From positions 28,981 to 92,980 of the forward strand of contig JAIPJT010000001.1 of NCBI GenBank assembly GCA_021733985.1: a stretch of 64,000 nt of DNA. The letters run 5' to 3'. This stretch comes from Victivallales bacterium. Lineage in GTDB: Bacteria > Verrucomicrobiota > Lentisphaeria > Victivallales > GWF2-38-69. Both the position numbers and the translations under genes were made by a program. Numbering within the stretch: the stretch's first letter is position 1; the number at the start of each line of letters is the position of its first letter. Of this stretch, positions 48,142 to 56,942 are shown piece by piece. The notes under the pieces were generated by a model. That model saw only the letters and a program-made list of their open reading frames with translations. It was not told where the DNA came from and did no database searches.

Positions 48142-49749
48142 TTAACATATAAAGTCTGCTGTTTTTTCTTTTAGATTTTTACTTAATTCATTAATTTCGA
48201 CAGAAGCTGCTTCGAGTTTTCTGGCTGCTTCAGCATTATTTCCTGAAGAGTCTTTTATACTTTTCATTGCTTCAGCTAGTATTCTTATACCTTCGAGTTG
48301 TTTTTTTCGTGACATAGTAAGGCCGTTAATTGTTTCTGAAATAGATCCGAGCAGCTCCGTTTTCTGCATAAAATCTTCACTGAATGCTGTAGCCCTATCA
48401 ATAAATCCAGCAGTTTTATTCTGTATTTCTTCAATTGTAAGAGAACATTTCTGGGAAGCATCCTGCACAGCTTTAAAAGCTTCTTCAGCATTGTTAAGTG
48501 AATGTGTCGAACAGGATGAAAGGTTTTTTATTTCTTTAGCAATTACAGAAAATCCTTTACCGTGTTCACCTGCTTTGCTTGCCTGAACAGAAGCATTAAC
48601 GGAAAGAATCCTTAACTGAATTCCGATTTCTTTTATTTTATCAATAAAGTTTTCCATACCGGTTGCCTGTTTGTTCATATCAACAAGAAATTCCGATACT
48701 TCTTTCAGCTTATTCTTGATATCTTTAATTTTTTTAAAATCAGTAGCTTCATCCATATTTTCCATAAGCTGCTGTATATTATTTTCGTTCTTTTCGAGAG
48801 TAACTGTGGTATTGCTGTAGTAAACCTCCGTAGCCTGTTTCAGGTCTTCCATTGCGGCATCCATATGTTCTATTGCACTTGAATTGGAAACAGATTCGTT
48901 AGCCAAATCTATTGATGAGCTGGAAAGTTTTCCGGAATGACCGTCAAGAGCGGTTGCTTCTTTTTTCAGACTTCCCACCAGTTCCTGAAGATTTCCTATA
49001 AACAAATTAAACCATTTGACCAACATACCGATTTCATCATTTTTTTCGAGTTCAATGCGTTTTGTTAGATCCGCTCTTCCGTCTGCAATTTCTTTCATAT
49101 TAAACTTAATTCGGTCAACAGGCTTTCTAATACGGTTCGACATTAAAGAAGATATAACTGCAAAAATAACTATTACTGCTACAGAAGAAATAAGGATACC
49201 TGAAAGAGTATAATTCACTGCCTGGGCTTCCTTTTGTTTTCTTTGAGCCATCAGTTTTTCCTCATTATTATAAAAGTGACGTATTTTATTTCTTATTATT
49301 TGCAGATATTTATCTCCGAGCTTCATTCTTGTAATATTATCTAAAGTTGAATCATTTTTACCTTTACCCTGAAGTGAAACAATAAATTTATCAGCTTCAT
49401 ATAACCATTTTTTTATCTTAGGACCAATATTCTTCAGCATTTCTTTCTGTGACTGAGTCCAGACGATATCCATTAGTATCCTTAATTCATTCCTGAGCCT
49501 TTTTTTGTCTTTTTCATATTGTTTTTTGAATTTTTTATCACGGAATATCGTGAAGTTCCTTATATTGATCTCAAGCCTTTCCAGATATTTTTCAAGCAAC
49601 AGAGAATGTTTGATCATTTGAGAAGAATGTATAACATATTCAGTAGTGCCGAGAAGCCTGTTTACGCTCGACCAGGTGATTAAAGTTACAATAAGTATTA
49701 GAACTACTGTACTGCAGCTCCATAAAGTCAGTTTTGTTTTTAATCTCAT
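48142..49749 (-). CDS. Methyl-accepting chemotaxis protein with CHASE3-like sensor and HAMP
   Basis: TM helix, periplasmic helical domain, second TM helix and HAMP (DEIGMLVKWFNLFIGNL). Signalling tip ILSVNASVQASKAGEHGKGFSVIAKEIKNLS. Confidence 0.85.
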   Translation of the reverse strand: MRLKTKLTLWSCSTVVLILIVTLITWSSVNRLLGTTEYVIHSSQMIKHSLLLEKYLERLEINIRNFTIFRDKKFKKQYEKDKKRLRNELRILMDIVWTQSQKEMLKNIGPKIKKWLYEADKFIVSLQGKGKNDSTLDNITRMKLGDKYLQIIRNKIRHFYNNEEKLMAQRKQKEAQAVNYTLSGILISSVAVIVIFAVISSLMSNRIRKPVDRIKFNMKEIADGRADLTKRIELEKNDEIGMLVKWFNLFIGNLQELVGSLKKEATALDGHSGKLSSSSIDLANESVSNSSAIEHMDAAMEDLKQATEVYYSNTTVTLEKNENNIQQLMENMDEATDFKKIKDIKNKLKEVSEFLVDMNKQATGMENFIDKIKEIGIQLRILSVNASVQASKAGEHGKGFSVIAKEIKNLSSCSTHSLNNAEEAFKAVQDASQKCSLTIEEIQNKTAGFIDRATAFSEDFMQKTELLGSISETINGLTMSRKKQLEGIRILAEAMKSIKDSSGNNAEAARKLEAASVEINELSKNLKEKTADFIC

Positions 49750-49756
49750 AATTTAA

Positions 49757-49940
49757 TCGGTTATTAGTTATCGGTTATCGGTGAAATATTCTTCTACTTC
49801 TTCGCTAATACAAAAATCTGATCAGTTAAAGAATAAACTTCTTCTTTTGGGAACTTTTTAGTGAGTCTAAAAATTGCATCAGCTACATTCTGAGCTTTTT
49901 GATATACTTTCAAATCTCTAAAGCTGTCAGCATGTTCCAT
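49757..49940 (-). pseudogene. Internally deleted four-helix-bundle protein gene (23S rRNA intervening-sequence protein family) with heptamer-repeat tail
   Basis: ATG at 49940 gives MEHADSFRDLKVYQKAQNVADAIFRLTKKFPKEEVYSLTDQI, matching the family N-terminus. The frame then stops at 49794-49796 after 48 codons. Another frame reads ISEEVEEYFTDNR across cgataac-type heptamers (49757-49782). Confidence 0.6.
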
Positions 49941-49957
49941 TTCACTATTCACTTCTC

Positions 49958-50178
49958 AATGCCGTTGAATTAAAACAAAATTATTGATTTTGCTTAGTCT
50001 ACAAAACCATCAGTCTTCGCTTGAAGCTACGCCAAGACACCGGGGAACCGATTCCCTCCAACACGATTTCTGTATTTTGTGGAGGGAATCAATCCTTCTG
50101 TGTCGGCCATAGTACAGCAACTTCTGTACGACGGCTGATTGATGATTCCGAATGCATAATCCTTAATTCAATGACATC
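49958..50178 (+). repeat. Structured TIR-bounded (MITE-like) repeat, copy 2 (inverted relative to copy 1)
   Basis: Terminal inverted repeats aatgccGTTGAATTAAA (49958-49974) and CTTAATTCAATgacatc (50162-50178). A 10-bp stem ATTCCCTCCA...TGGAGGGAAT. Core 50087-50152 equals the reverse complement of 47975-48036 except for a 4-nt tgat duplication. Confidence 0.8.
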
Positions 50179-50207
50179 GATTCAGTTCTCACCGTTCACT
50201 TCACAAT

Positions 50208-52376
50208 TCAGTTCTTCTTCCTGTTTTCTTTTTCTTTTTTAGTTTTAGCTGTGGTTTCGGTATCGTCTCTATGCTCTTCCTCATATTTTTTTATTTTATC
50301 TTCGTCAAGCAGCGAATGTTTCTTATCTTCCTGGCCGACATTGTAGGCGTTTGCCATATCCTGGAGTTTCTGTGAAAGGTCTGTCAGAGAATTAGCTAAT
50401 TCTTCGAGTTGCTTAGAGCCTTCTGTATTCTGAGTAAGGCCTTCTTTTATATTTTCCATTGTTTGTACAAGCTGTTCCATACCGGACAGTTCCTGTTTGC
50501 TTGAACTTGAAATCTGTTCATTAGCTTCAGCAGCTTCCGAAATACTCTCACTTAAAGTATTAATCGTTTTCCTTGCTACAGAGGAAAGGTCAAGGCCTTC
50601 CTTAACAGCATTACTTCCACGTTCAGTAGCTAACACCGCATTACTTGAAGCTTTTTGGATATCGTTAAGTATATTGCTGATCTGTTTTGTTGCCTCTCTA
50701 GACTGCTCAGCAAGGTCTTTAACTTCTTTAGCCACAACAGCAAATCCTTTACCGTATTCACCGGCTTTAGCGGCTTCGATTGAAGCATTGACGGACAGAA
50801 GGTTTGTTTGGTCCGCGAGATTGTTAACTGAATCAATAATTTCACCAATATTTTGAGTCTGCTCTCCAAGCTTTATTGTACTTTGAGCAATATAATTCAT
50901 CTCTTTATCTATTTTATTTATTCCTTCAATAGTTTTTTCAGTAGCTTCGCGCCCTTCTGAAGCAATTTCTTCTGTTTTTCGTGCTTTTTCTGAAATTTCT
51001 GTAGCTTTTTCTGAAGTTGATTCACTTATTTGTTTAATCTGCTCGACCGTAGTACTTATTTCAGTAACAGAAGTTGAAGATTCAGCCGTACTTGAAGCAA
51101 GCTGAGTTGAAGTAGCAGAAATTTCGTTTATTGAGGCAGAAAGCTGTGTAGATCCAGAAGCCATTTCAAGTATCTGATTTTTTAAAGATTCAATCATTTC
51201 TCTGAAAGAAACAAGCAGAGAAGATATTTCATCTTTAGTTTTTCTTATCGGAATATCTATTGTAAGATCTTTATCTTTTGCAATGGAGTTCGCTTTGGAA
51301 GCCAGTGAAATAATAGGTTTTGATATGCTATTTGAAAATATTAATCCTAAAATAATTACCGAGATAATGATTATTGAAGAGGCTATAATTATATTATATA
51401 TAAGCTGATTAACAGGCGCAAAAGCCTCCTCCGCATCAATCTCAGAAATGACTGCCCAGTTTTTGACATCAGATACAATGCCTTTCAGTTCATCAAAATG
51501 GAAGGCACCATAAGATGAAAAAACGTCTTTCCCTCTGTAGTCCTCTATTATTCCAAAACCTTCTTTGTCCCTTAAGGATTCAATTACCGCGACTGTTTTA
51601 ACTCTTCTATTGAGAATAGAGTCTTTTCCATTTAAATCAAACCTCGAATCTGAACGCATAAGGAAATCTTCCCCGACAAGATAGGTTTCACCGGTTTTAC
51701 CCAGCCCTGTGCGCTCATTCATAATCTCGTCTATTGTTTTAGGAACAATTTGAACAGCTAAAACAAATTCTAATTTATTATTTTCATCAAAAATTGGAAT
51801 GGATAAATACATTGTTACTCTGTCATCGTAGTATGGATCTTTTGCAAATCCGACAATAGCAAGCTTTCCGCTTTCTTTTGCCAGTTTAAAAGCTTTTGCC
51901 AGATTACTGTCTTTTTTATCCATTACTTCCTTGTTAAAATATTCAGGATGTTCGTGTGAATAAAGAAAATGACCTGCATCACAAAATGCGATAATATCAG
52001 GCCGGTCATAAATTTTCATGTAATTTTGTATACATTTTGCCGCTTCTTTCCGAATGTTTTTGTCGTATTTTACTTCGCCGGGTTTTGCTTTATGGATTTC
52101 AACCTGATGTTTTGAAAGCAATTCTTCAAGAATTATATGAAGTTCTCTTGACTGAGAAAACACTTTAATTCCTTTTTCTAAATCTTTAAAAAAGGTGAGG
52201 AGCTGGTTTGTTTTTATTACCCTGATCGCATTAAGTTTATTTAATTCTTCCTTTATCAACGCTTCTCTCGATTCCTTGATTGAGAAGTAAGCAATTATGA
52301 TAATAGGGATAACCGCAATAGCAATGAAGATAGATATCAGCCTGCGTTTTAAGGTTTTAGTGAAAAGTCCAAACAT
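50208..52376 (-). CDS. Methyl-accepting chemotaxis protein with double-Cache-like sensor and HAMP
   Basis: 722 aa. Periplasmic region of ~300 aa (GETYLVGEDFLMRSDSRF). HAMP. Tip LLSVNASIEAAKAGEYGKGFAVVAKEVKDLAEQS. GGAGGG RBS upstream. Confidence 0.9.
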   Translation of the reverse strand: MFGLFTKTLKRRLISIFIAIAVIPIIIIAYFSIKESREALIKEELNKLNAIRVIKTNQLLTFFKDLEKGIKVFSQSRELHIILEELLSKHQVEIHKAKPGEVKYDKNIRKEAAKCIQNYMKIYDRPDIIAFCDAGHFLYSHEHPEYFNKEVMDKKDSNLAKAFKLAKESGKLAIVGFAKDPYYDDRVTMYLSIPIFDENNKLEFVLAVQIVPKTIDEIMNERTGLGKTGETYLVGEDFLMRSDSRFDLNGKDSILNRRVKTVAVIESLRDKEGFGIIEDYRGKDVFSSYGAFHFDELKGIVSDVKNWAVISEIDAEEAFAPVNQLIYNIIIASSIIIISVIILGLIFSNSISKPIISLASKANSIAKDKDLTIDIPIRKTKDEISSLLVSFREMIESLKNQILEMASGSTQLSASINEISATSTQLASSTAESSTSVTEISTTVEQIKQISESTSEKATEISEKARKTEEIASEGREATEKTIEGINKIDKEMNYIAQSTIKLGEQTQNIGEIIDSVNNLADQTNLLSVNASIEAAKAGEYGKGFAVVAKEVKDLAEQSREATKQISNILNDIQKASSNAVLATERGSNAVKEGLDLSSVARKTINTLSESISEAAEANEQISSSSKQELSGMEQLVQTMENIKEGLTQNTEGSKQLEELANSLTDLSQKLQDMANAYNVGQEDKKHSLLDEDKIKKYEEEHRDDTETTAKTKKEKENRKKN

Positions 52377-52401
52377 TTTTCCCTCCGCTTTTTCTTATTT
52401 T

Positions 52402-52414
52402 TGATTTTAGATAT
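52402..52414 (-). promoter_or_regulatory. Shared 13-mer ATATCTAAAATCA upstream of mcp2
   Basis: Identical to 47859-47871. It begins 26 nt upstream of the mcp2 ATG. Confidence 0.3.
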
Positions 52415-52604
52415 TTGATTTCTGAATGAAAATAAATATTGCTAAACCTTTTTCCTGGTTGAGATTATTGTTGAAGTAAATATCGCGACTAATTCATTGG
52501 CTTCATTCAGTAAAGACTCTATTAATTCCTTTTTGATTCATTTTACACACTTATCATTTTCTAAGCAATTTGTATATCATAAATAAGCAATCATAAATCA
52601 TAAA

Positions 52605-53240
52605 TTATTTCACTATGATATCCTGGTCGTCCAGAATTTTTTCTGCATCAAGAATTATAGTCTGTTCCCCTGTCAAACCGTAAAAGAATTTTTTTCTAAT
52701 ATCGTCAAAAGTGTCTACGGTTTTCTGTATAGTATTGAAAAATATTTTTTTTATTCCGATAACATCATCTGCAGCTACAGCAAAAGCGATATTTTCTTTG
52801 CCTAATACCACCATTTTCTTATGTTTAGTATTTTCTCTTTTATTCATTTGAAAGAAACTTCTTATATCGAGGACAGAAATGATCTGTTCCTGAACAGCTG
52901 TTACGCCTATTACATAGTCCGGAGTAAAAGGAATTGGAGTAAGGGTGTCGAGTGAAGCTACAAGTTTTGTATAACCGGCCTCAAAAGCATAAACCTCGTC
53001 ATTGAGAAGAAATTCAACTATGTTTATAAACTCATCATCTTCTCGGCTGTCATCTACTTCTTTTGCAAGTTCAAGTGCCCTTTGTTCGAGTATTTTGTTT
53101 TTATCTTTATCAAAATTCTTTTTTTTATCATTATTTTGGTTTTCAGAGTTTTGTTCTTCTTTAGAATGATCTGTTTCAGGACTTTCGCCCTCCTGTGTAA
53201 TGTTTATTTCTTCATTTTTTGGATCGGTATTTTCAGTCAT
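52605..53240 (-). CDS. cheW: CheW-like coupling protein with acidic/Lys-rich N-terminal extension
   Basis: The C-terminal ~140 aa are CheW-like (FLLNDEVYAFEAGYT...VIGVTAVQEQIISVLDIR). The first ~70 aa are low complexity. Confidence 0.8.
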   Translation of the reverse strand: MTENTDPKNEEINITQEGESPETDHSKEEQNSENQNNDKKKNFDKDKNKILEQRALELAKEVDDSREDDEFINIVEFLLNDEVYAFEAGYTKLVASLDTLTPIPFTPDYVIGVTAVQEQIISVLDIRSFFQMNKRENTKHKKMVVLGKENIAFAVAADDVIGIKKIFFNTIQKTVDTFDDIRKKFFYGLTGEQTIILDAEKILDDQDIIVK

Positions 53241-53608
53241 CTTATTTATACTGTTTATGTTTTTTATTTATATAAAATGTTTTCCAATCAAATATATCAA
53301 GTTGTATGAATAGGTATTTCTAATAATATCAGGCACGATGACACAAAGGTGCAGAAGAATTAATAAAATTGAATTTCTTTATTATTATTATATATTTTTA
53401 TCATATTTAATATTTTATATCAACATAGATATTATTTTATTTCAGAAAAAATTCTTAATTAAATATCGAATGCTGAATTTTTTTCTTTTGTTTGGGAAGC
53501 GCATAATTCGCGAAGATTTTTTTTTGTATTTTTATCTGTTAAAACTAAATAGAATATGATATTATTAAATTAAGATACATGATATTAAAACTTTTTTACA
53601 GGAAATAA

Positions 53609-54526
53609 ATGGAAGAAGAAAAAATACTTATAGTAGAAGACAGTAGGACACAATCTATTTTACTGAAAGAAATGCTTCTTAATGAAGGATATTCTGTTGA
53701 AGCGGCAGAAGACGGAGTGAAAGCACTTGAATTTATAAATGATAAAAATTATAAGCCTGACATTGTAATGACAGACATCAATATGCCTGAAATGGACGGA
53801 TTGAAATTGTGCAGAATCCTGAAACGACTTTATCCGGAAATTTTTGTAATAGTTCTATCAGCAAACGAACATATAGGTTCACTTAAAAAATCATTTGAAT
53901 CCGGGGCTATTGATTTTATCAGTAAACCAATTAACAAAGTGGAACTAATTGTCAGAACCAGAAACGTTTTAAGGATCAGACGTGCTGAGAAAGAACTGAA
54001 GTTTGCTTTAAAACAGCTTTCAGAAAAAAACAAAAAACTTGATAAAATATCTGTTACTGACGCCTTAACCGGCCTTGCAAACCGCAAACATCTCATAGAT
54101 GAACTTGACACCCTTATAGGTTTTAACAACAAATACGGCTATGAACTTGCACTGACAATGATAGACCTCGATGATTTTAAAAAGATTAATGATATATACG
54201 GACATGATGCCGGCGATGAAGCCCTTGTTAAGTTCGCTGAAGTGTTAAAAAATAAAACCAGGGATCGTGATTTAGCGGGCAGATACGGAGGCGAAGAATT
54301 TATTCTGATATTATCCAATACTTCTTTACTTGACTGTTTTTCGGTTATTGAAAAAATCCTTAATGAAGTCAGAAAGCTTAATTTTGATTTTGATGTAAAC
54401 TATCAGCTGACTTTCAGTGCCGGAATTGCAAAATTAAACGGACAAAATCTTGACGCACTGATAAAAAAAGCAGATGAATTGATGTATAAGGCGAAGAAGT
54501 CCGGAAAAAACAGAATCGAAACATAA
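53609..54526 (+). CDS. Response regulator-diguanylate cyclase (REC-GGDEF, WspR-like)
   Basis: REC domain (ILIVEDS...MTDINMPEMDG...K). Coiled-coil linker. GGDEF domain with RYGGEEF and an RxxD I-site (RDRD) five residues upstream. Confidence 0.9.
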   Translation: MEEEKILIVEDSRTQSILLKEMLLNEGYSVEAAEDGVKALEFINDKNYKPDIVMTDINMPEMDGLKLCRILKRLYPEIFVIVLSANEHIGSLKKSFESGAIDFISKPINKVELIVRTRNVLRIRRAEKELKFALKQLSEKNKKLDKISVTDALTGLANRKHLIDELDTLIGFNNKYGYELALTMIDLDDFKKINDIYGHDAGDEALVKFAEVLKNKTRDRDLAGRYGGEEFILILSNTSLLDCFSVIEKILNEVRKLNFDFDVNYQLTFSAGIAKLNGQNLDALIKKADELMYKAKKSGKNRIET

Positions 54527-54583
54527 AAAAGGATTCTCTATCCGCGGTTTAAATTTATTTATAAAATATATTTAAGGATAATT

Positions 54584-55030
54584 ATGAAGAATGTAGTGAT
54601 ATTTGAACTGGAACAACAAAAATACGCACTCCCCACTGAGAGTGTAGAAAAGATTGTAAATGCTGTTAAAATTACTTCACTGCCGCATACTCCCGACAAG
54701 ATACAGGGAATAATCAATGTTCATGGGAAAGTAGTAGCTGTAATCGACATCAGAAAAATTATGGATCTTCCTACGAAAACACTTGAGCTTTCTGATAAAA
54801 TCATTATTACAAAAACAAAGAAAAGACAGATTGCTTTTGTTGTAGACTCTGTCCTGGAACTTGCGGAAATAAAGGAGGACAGAATAGTAAAAATGGAAGA
54901 GGTTGTTTCCGATCCAGATATATATGACGGAACGATAAAAACCAGTAAAGGTCTTATTATAGTTTACAATACTGCAAAATTTCTTTCGCTTGAAGATGAG
55001 GAGGCACTTGAAAAAGCACTCAGCGGGTAG
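54584..55030 (+). CDS. cheW: CheW coupling protein
   Basis: 148 aa, entirely a CheW domain (VIFELEQQKYALPTESVEKIV...IQGIINVHGKVVAVIDIR). Confidence 0.85.
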   Translation: MKNVVIFELEQQKYALPTESVEKIVNAVKITSLPHTPDKIQGIINVHGKVVAVIDIRKIMDLPTKTLELSDKIIITKTKKRQIAFVVDSVLELAEIKEDRIVKMEEVVSDPDIYDGTIKTSKGLIIVYNTAKFLSLEDEEALEKALSG

Positions 55031-55113
55031 GAAGAAAAAGAATATCTGTCTGTAGATAAGAAAAAATCAGAACTGAGAATTTACTCAACATTCGAAATTA
55101 AAAAAAATATTAT

Positions 55114-56619
55114 ATGGCAGAACTTCAAAACATTGATAATGATTTATATAAAAAAATCCATCATTTTGTTAATAAAAGGATGGGCCTTTATTTCACTGAA
55201 AACAGAAAAAAAGATTTAATCAGAGGCCTGAATTATGCTTCTGAATCTTTCGGTTATAAAGATGTTAATACCTGTATAGAACAGTTGCTGTCAGTAAACT
55301 GGACAACGAACCAGATACAGACTCTGGCTAATTACTTAACCGTAGGCGAAACATATTTTTATCGGCATCGAGAACAGCTTGAATATATTTTTACTCATTA
55401 CCTTAAAAAAAAAACACCTCAAACAAAAATCAAAATATGGTGTTCAGGATGCTGTACAGGAGAAGAGCCCTATTCCATAGCAATAATGAGCAGGGAATTT
55501 TCTTTCATTTCAAATCAGTTTGATATTGAAATAATTGCTACAGATATAAATTCCACTTTTATTAAAAAAGCAGTAAGCGGCATTTATACAGAACATTCGC
55601 TCCGTACAGTTCCTAAAACTATTATCAAAAAATACTTCACTCAAACCGGGAGTAATCAATTTGTACTTGATGAAAAGATAAGAGATAAAATAAACTTCAA
55701 GTATCTTAACCTAGCATCTAATACATATCCTTCAGAGGTTAACAATACACACTGCCTGGATATAATTTTATGCAGGAATGTGTTTATATATTTTCAACAG
55801 GAAACAATCGACAGGGTTGTCAAAAACTTTAATAAATGTCTGAATAAAGATGGTATACTATTTGTGTCTCCGGCAGAAACATTCATGATTTCTCGCCATA
55901 TTCTGGGTAAAATCGTGACTGCACCTGTTACTGTATTTAGTAAGAATAATGGAAATTTGAATAATAATAAAACCCCAGAAACATCTGTATTAAAACCTGC
56001 CAGCAGGGTAAAATATAATCCCAAAAATACTAAAACTACAGAACCGAAAAGTACTAAAACTATTTATGATACAGGGAAAGAAAAAATAAAATTGTCTTCA
56101 AATAATAAAGATTATTTAAAAATGTTACGAAATCTTTATTCTAAAAAAAGGTACAAAGAAATTTTGCAAGTTTTTAAAAATATTGATATAAACAAAATAA
56201 ATAATGATATTAAAAAAGAAATTTACAGTATTGTATGCAAAAGCTATTCTAAGTCCGGTAATATGGAAAAGGCGTACGACCAAAGCTGTAGGCTCGTAGA
56301 TATTGATAAGCTTGACCCCGAATCACAATTTGTTCATGCATCTATTCTTCTTGAAGCTGATAGAATTAGAGAAGCAGAAAAAGTCTTTGAAAAAGTTTTG
56401 TATTTGGATCCCTGTCATATAATGTCTTATTTTATGCTGGGTAATCTTCATATGATAAACAGCAATATCGAAAAGGCAATGAAAAATTTCAAAAGAGCCC
56501 ACAGTCTTTTACAGAGAGAACCTCCAGGAAAAATACTTGATGATACAGAACAGTTGACAGCGGGCAAATTAAAGGAAATAATTGCTACTATGCTTAAAGC
56601 CCGGCAAATGAAAACATAA
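55114..56619 (+). CDS. cheR: CheR methyltransferase with C-terminal TPR domain (WspC-like)
   Basis: CheR N-domain. SAM MTase domain (IWCSGCCTGEEPYSIA, ILCRNVFIYF). The C-terminal ~170 aa are TPR-like repeats. Contains an A10 run at 55405-55414. Confidence 0.85.
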   Translation: MAELQNIDNDLYKKIHHFVNKRMGLYFTENRKKDLIRGLNYASESFGYKDVNTCIEQLLSVNWTTNQIQTLANYLTVGETYFYRHREQLEYIFTHYLKKKTPQTKIKIWCSGCCTGEEPYSIAIMSREFSFISNQFDIEIIATDINSTFIKKAVSGIYTEHSLRTVPKTIIKKYFTQTGSNQFVLDEKIRDKINFKYLNLASNTYPSEVNNTHCLDIILCRNVFIYFQQETIDRVVKNFNKCLNKDGILFVSPAETFMISRHILGKIVTAPVTVFSKNNGNLNNNKTPETSVLKPASRVKYNPKNTKTTEPKSTKTIYDTGKEKIKLSSNNKDYLKMLRNLYSKKRYKEILQVFKNIDINKINNDIKKEIYSIVCKSYSKSGNMEKAYDQSCRLVDIDKLDPESQFVHASILLEADRIREAEKVFEKVLYLDPCHIMSYFMLGNLHMINSNIEKAMKNFKRAHSLLQREPPGKILDDTEQLTAGKLKEIIATMLKARQMKT

Positions 56620-56693
56620 CGGACTATAGGCACAGACAATTATCTCCATGGTTCAAAAGCATTACTCCTTATTAACCACACCGATCAATAATT

Positions 56694-56942
56694 TTATTTT
56701 GATGCAATTTTGTTATAAATCCATGCAAAGACTGCGCCGCCAACTGCTCCGTCAAAAAACGCCCATATTAAACCGATTAAACTGCCCGCGGGTGTTATAC
56801 TGTAACCGCGATATATTTTACCGATCAAGGTAACTTCACCGGTAGCCCCGTCAAAAAACATAATCCACCATGTAACCAGAAACAGTCCAACTCCCCAGAT
56901 AAGAGCACAAGTTATTGCAAAAGCTTTTACATTTAATTTCAT
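56694..56942 (-). CDS. Small two-TM membrane protein, unknown function
   Basis: 82 aa. Two hydrophobic helices with Gly-rich motifs (LIGLIWAFFDGAVGGAVFAWIYN). Confidence 0.55.
   Translation of the reverse strand: MKLNVKAFAITCALIWGVGLFLVTWWIMFFDGATGEVTLIGKIYRGYSITPAGSLIGLIWAFFDGAVGGAVFAWIYNKIASK

Noticed and set aside
50101-50125. 5S-rRNA-like string ggccatagtacagc in the repeat core
   Set aside because: Only a short resemblance to the 5' part of 5S rRNA. The rest of the conserved 5S sequence and structure is absent, and the element is bounded by inverted repeats.
50021-50242. 73-aa ORF spanning repeat copy 2 and the 3' end of mcp2
   Set aside because: It lies within the structured repeat and overlaps mcp2 antisense. 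The sequence is low complexity and no RBS is visible. The divergent half of copy 1 does not preserve it.
53082-53559. ORFs 53082..53309 and 53338..53559 in the divergent cheW / REC-GGDEF intergenic region
   Set aside because: The translations are extremely AT-rich and low complexity (runs of F/I/L/Y/K). The ORFs overlap the cheW 5' end or promoter DNA. This is typical spurious ORF content in AT-rich spacers.
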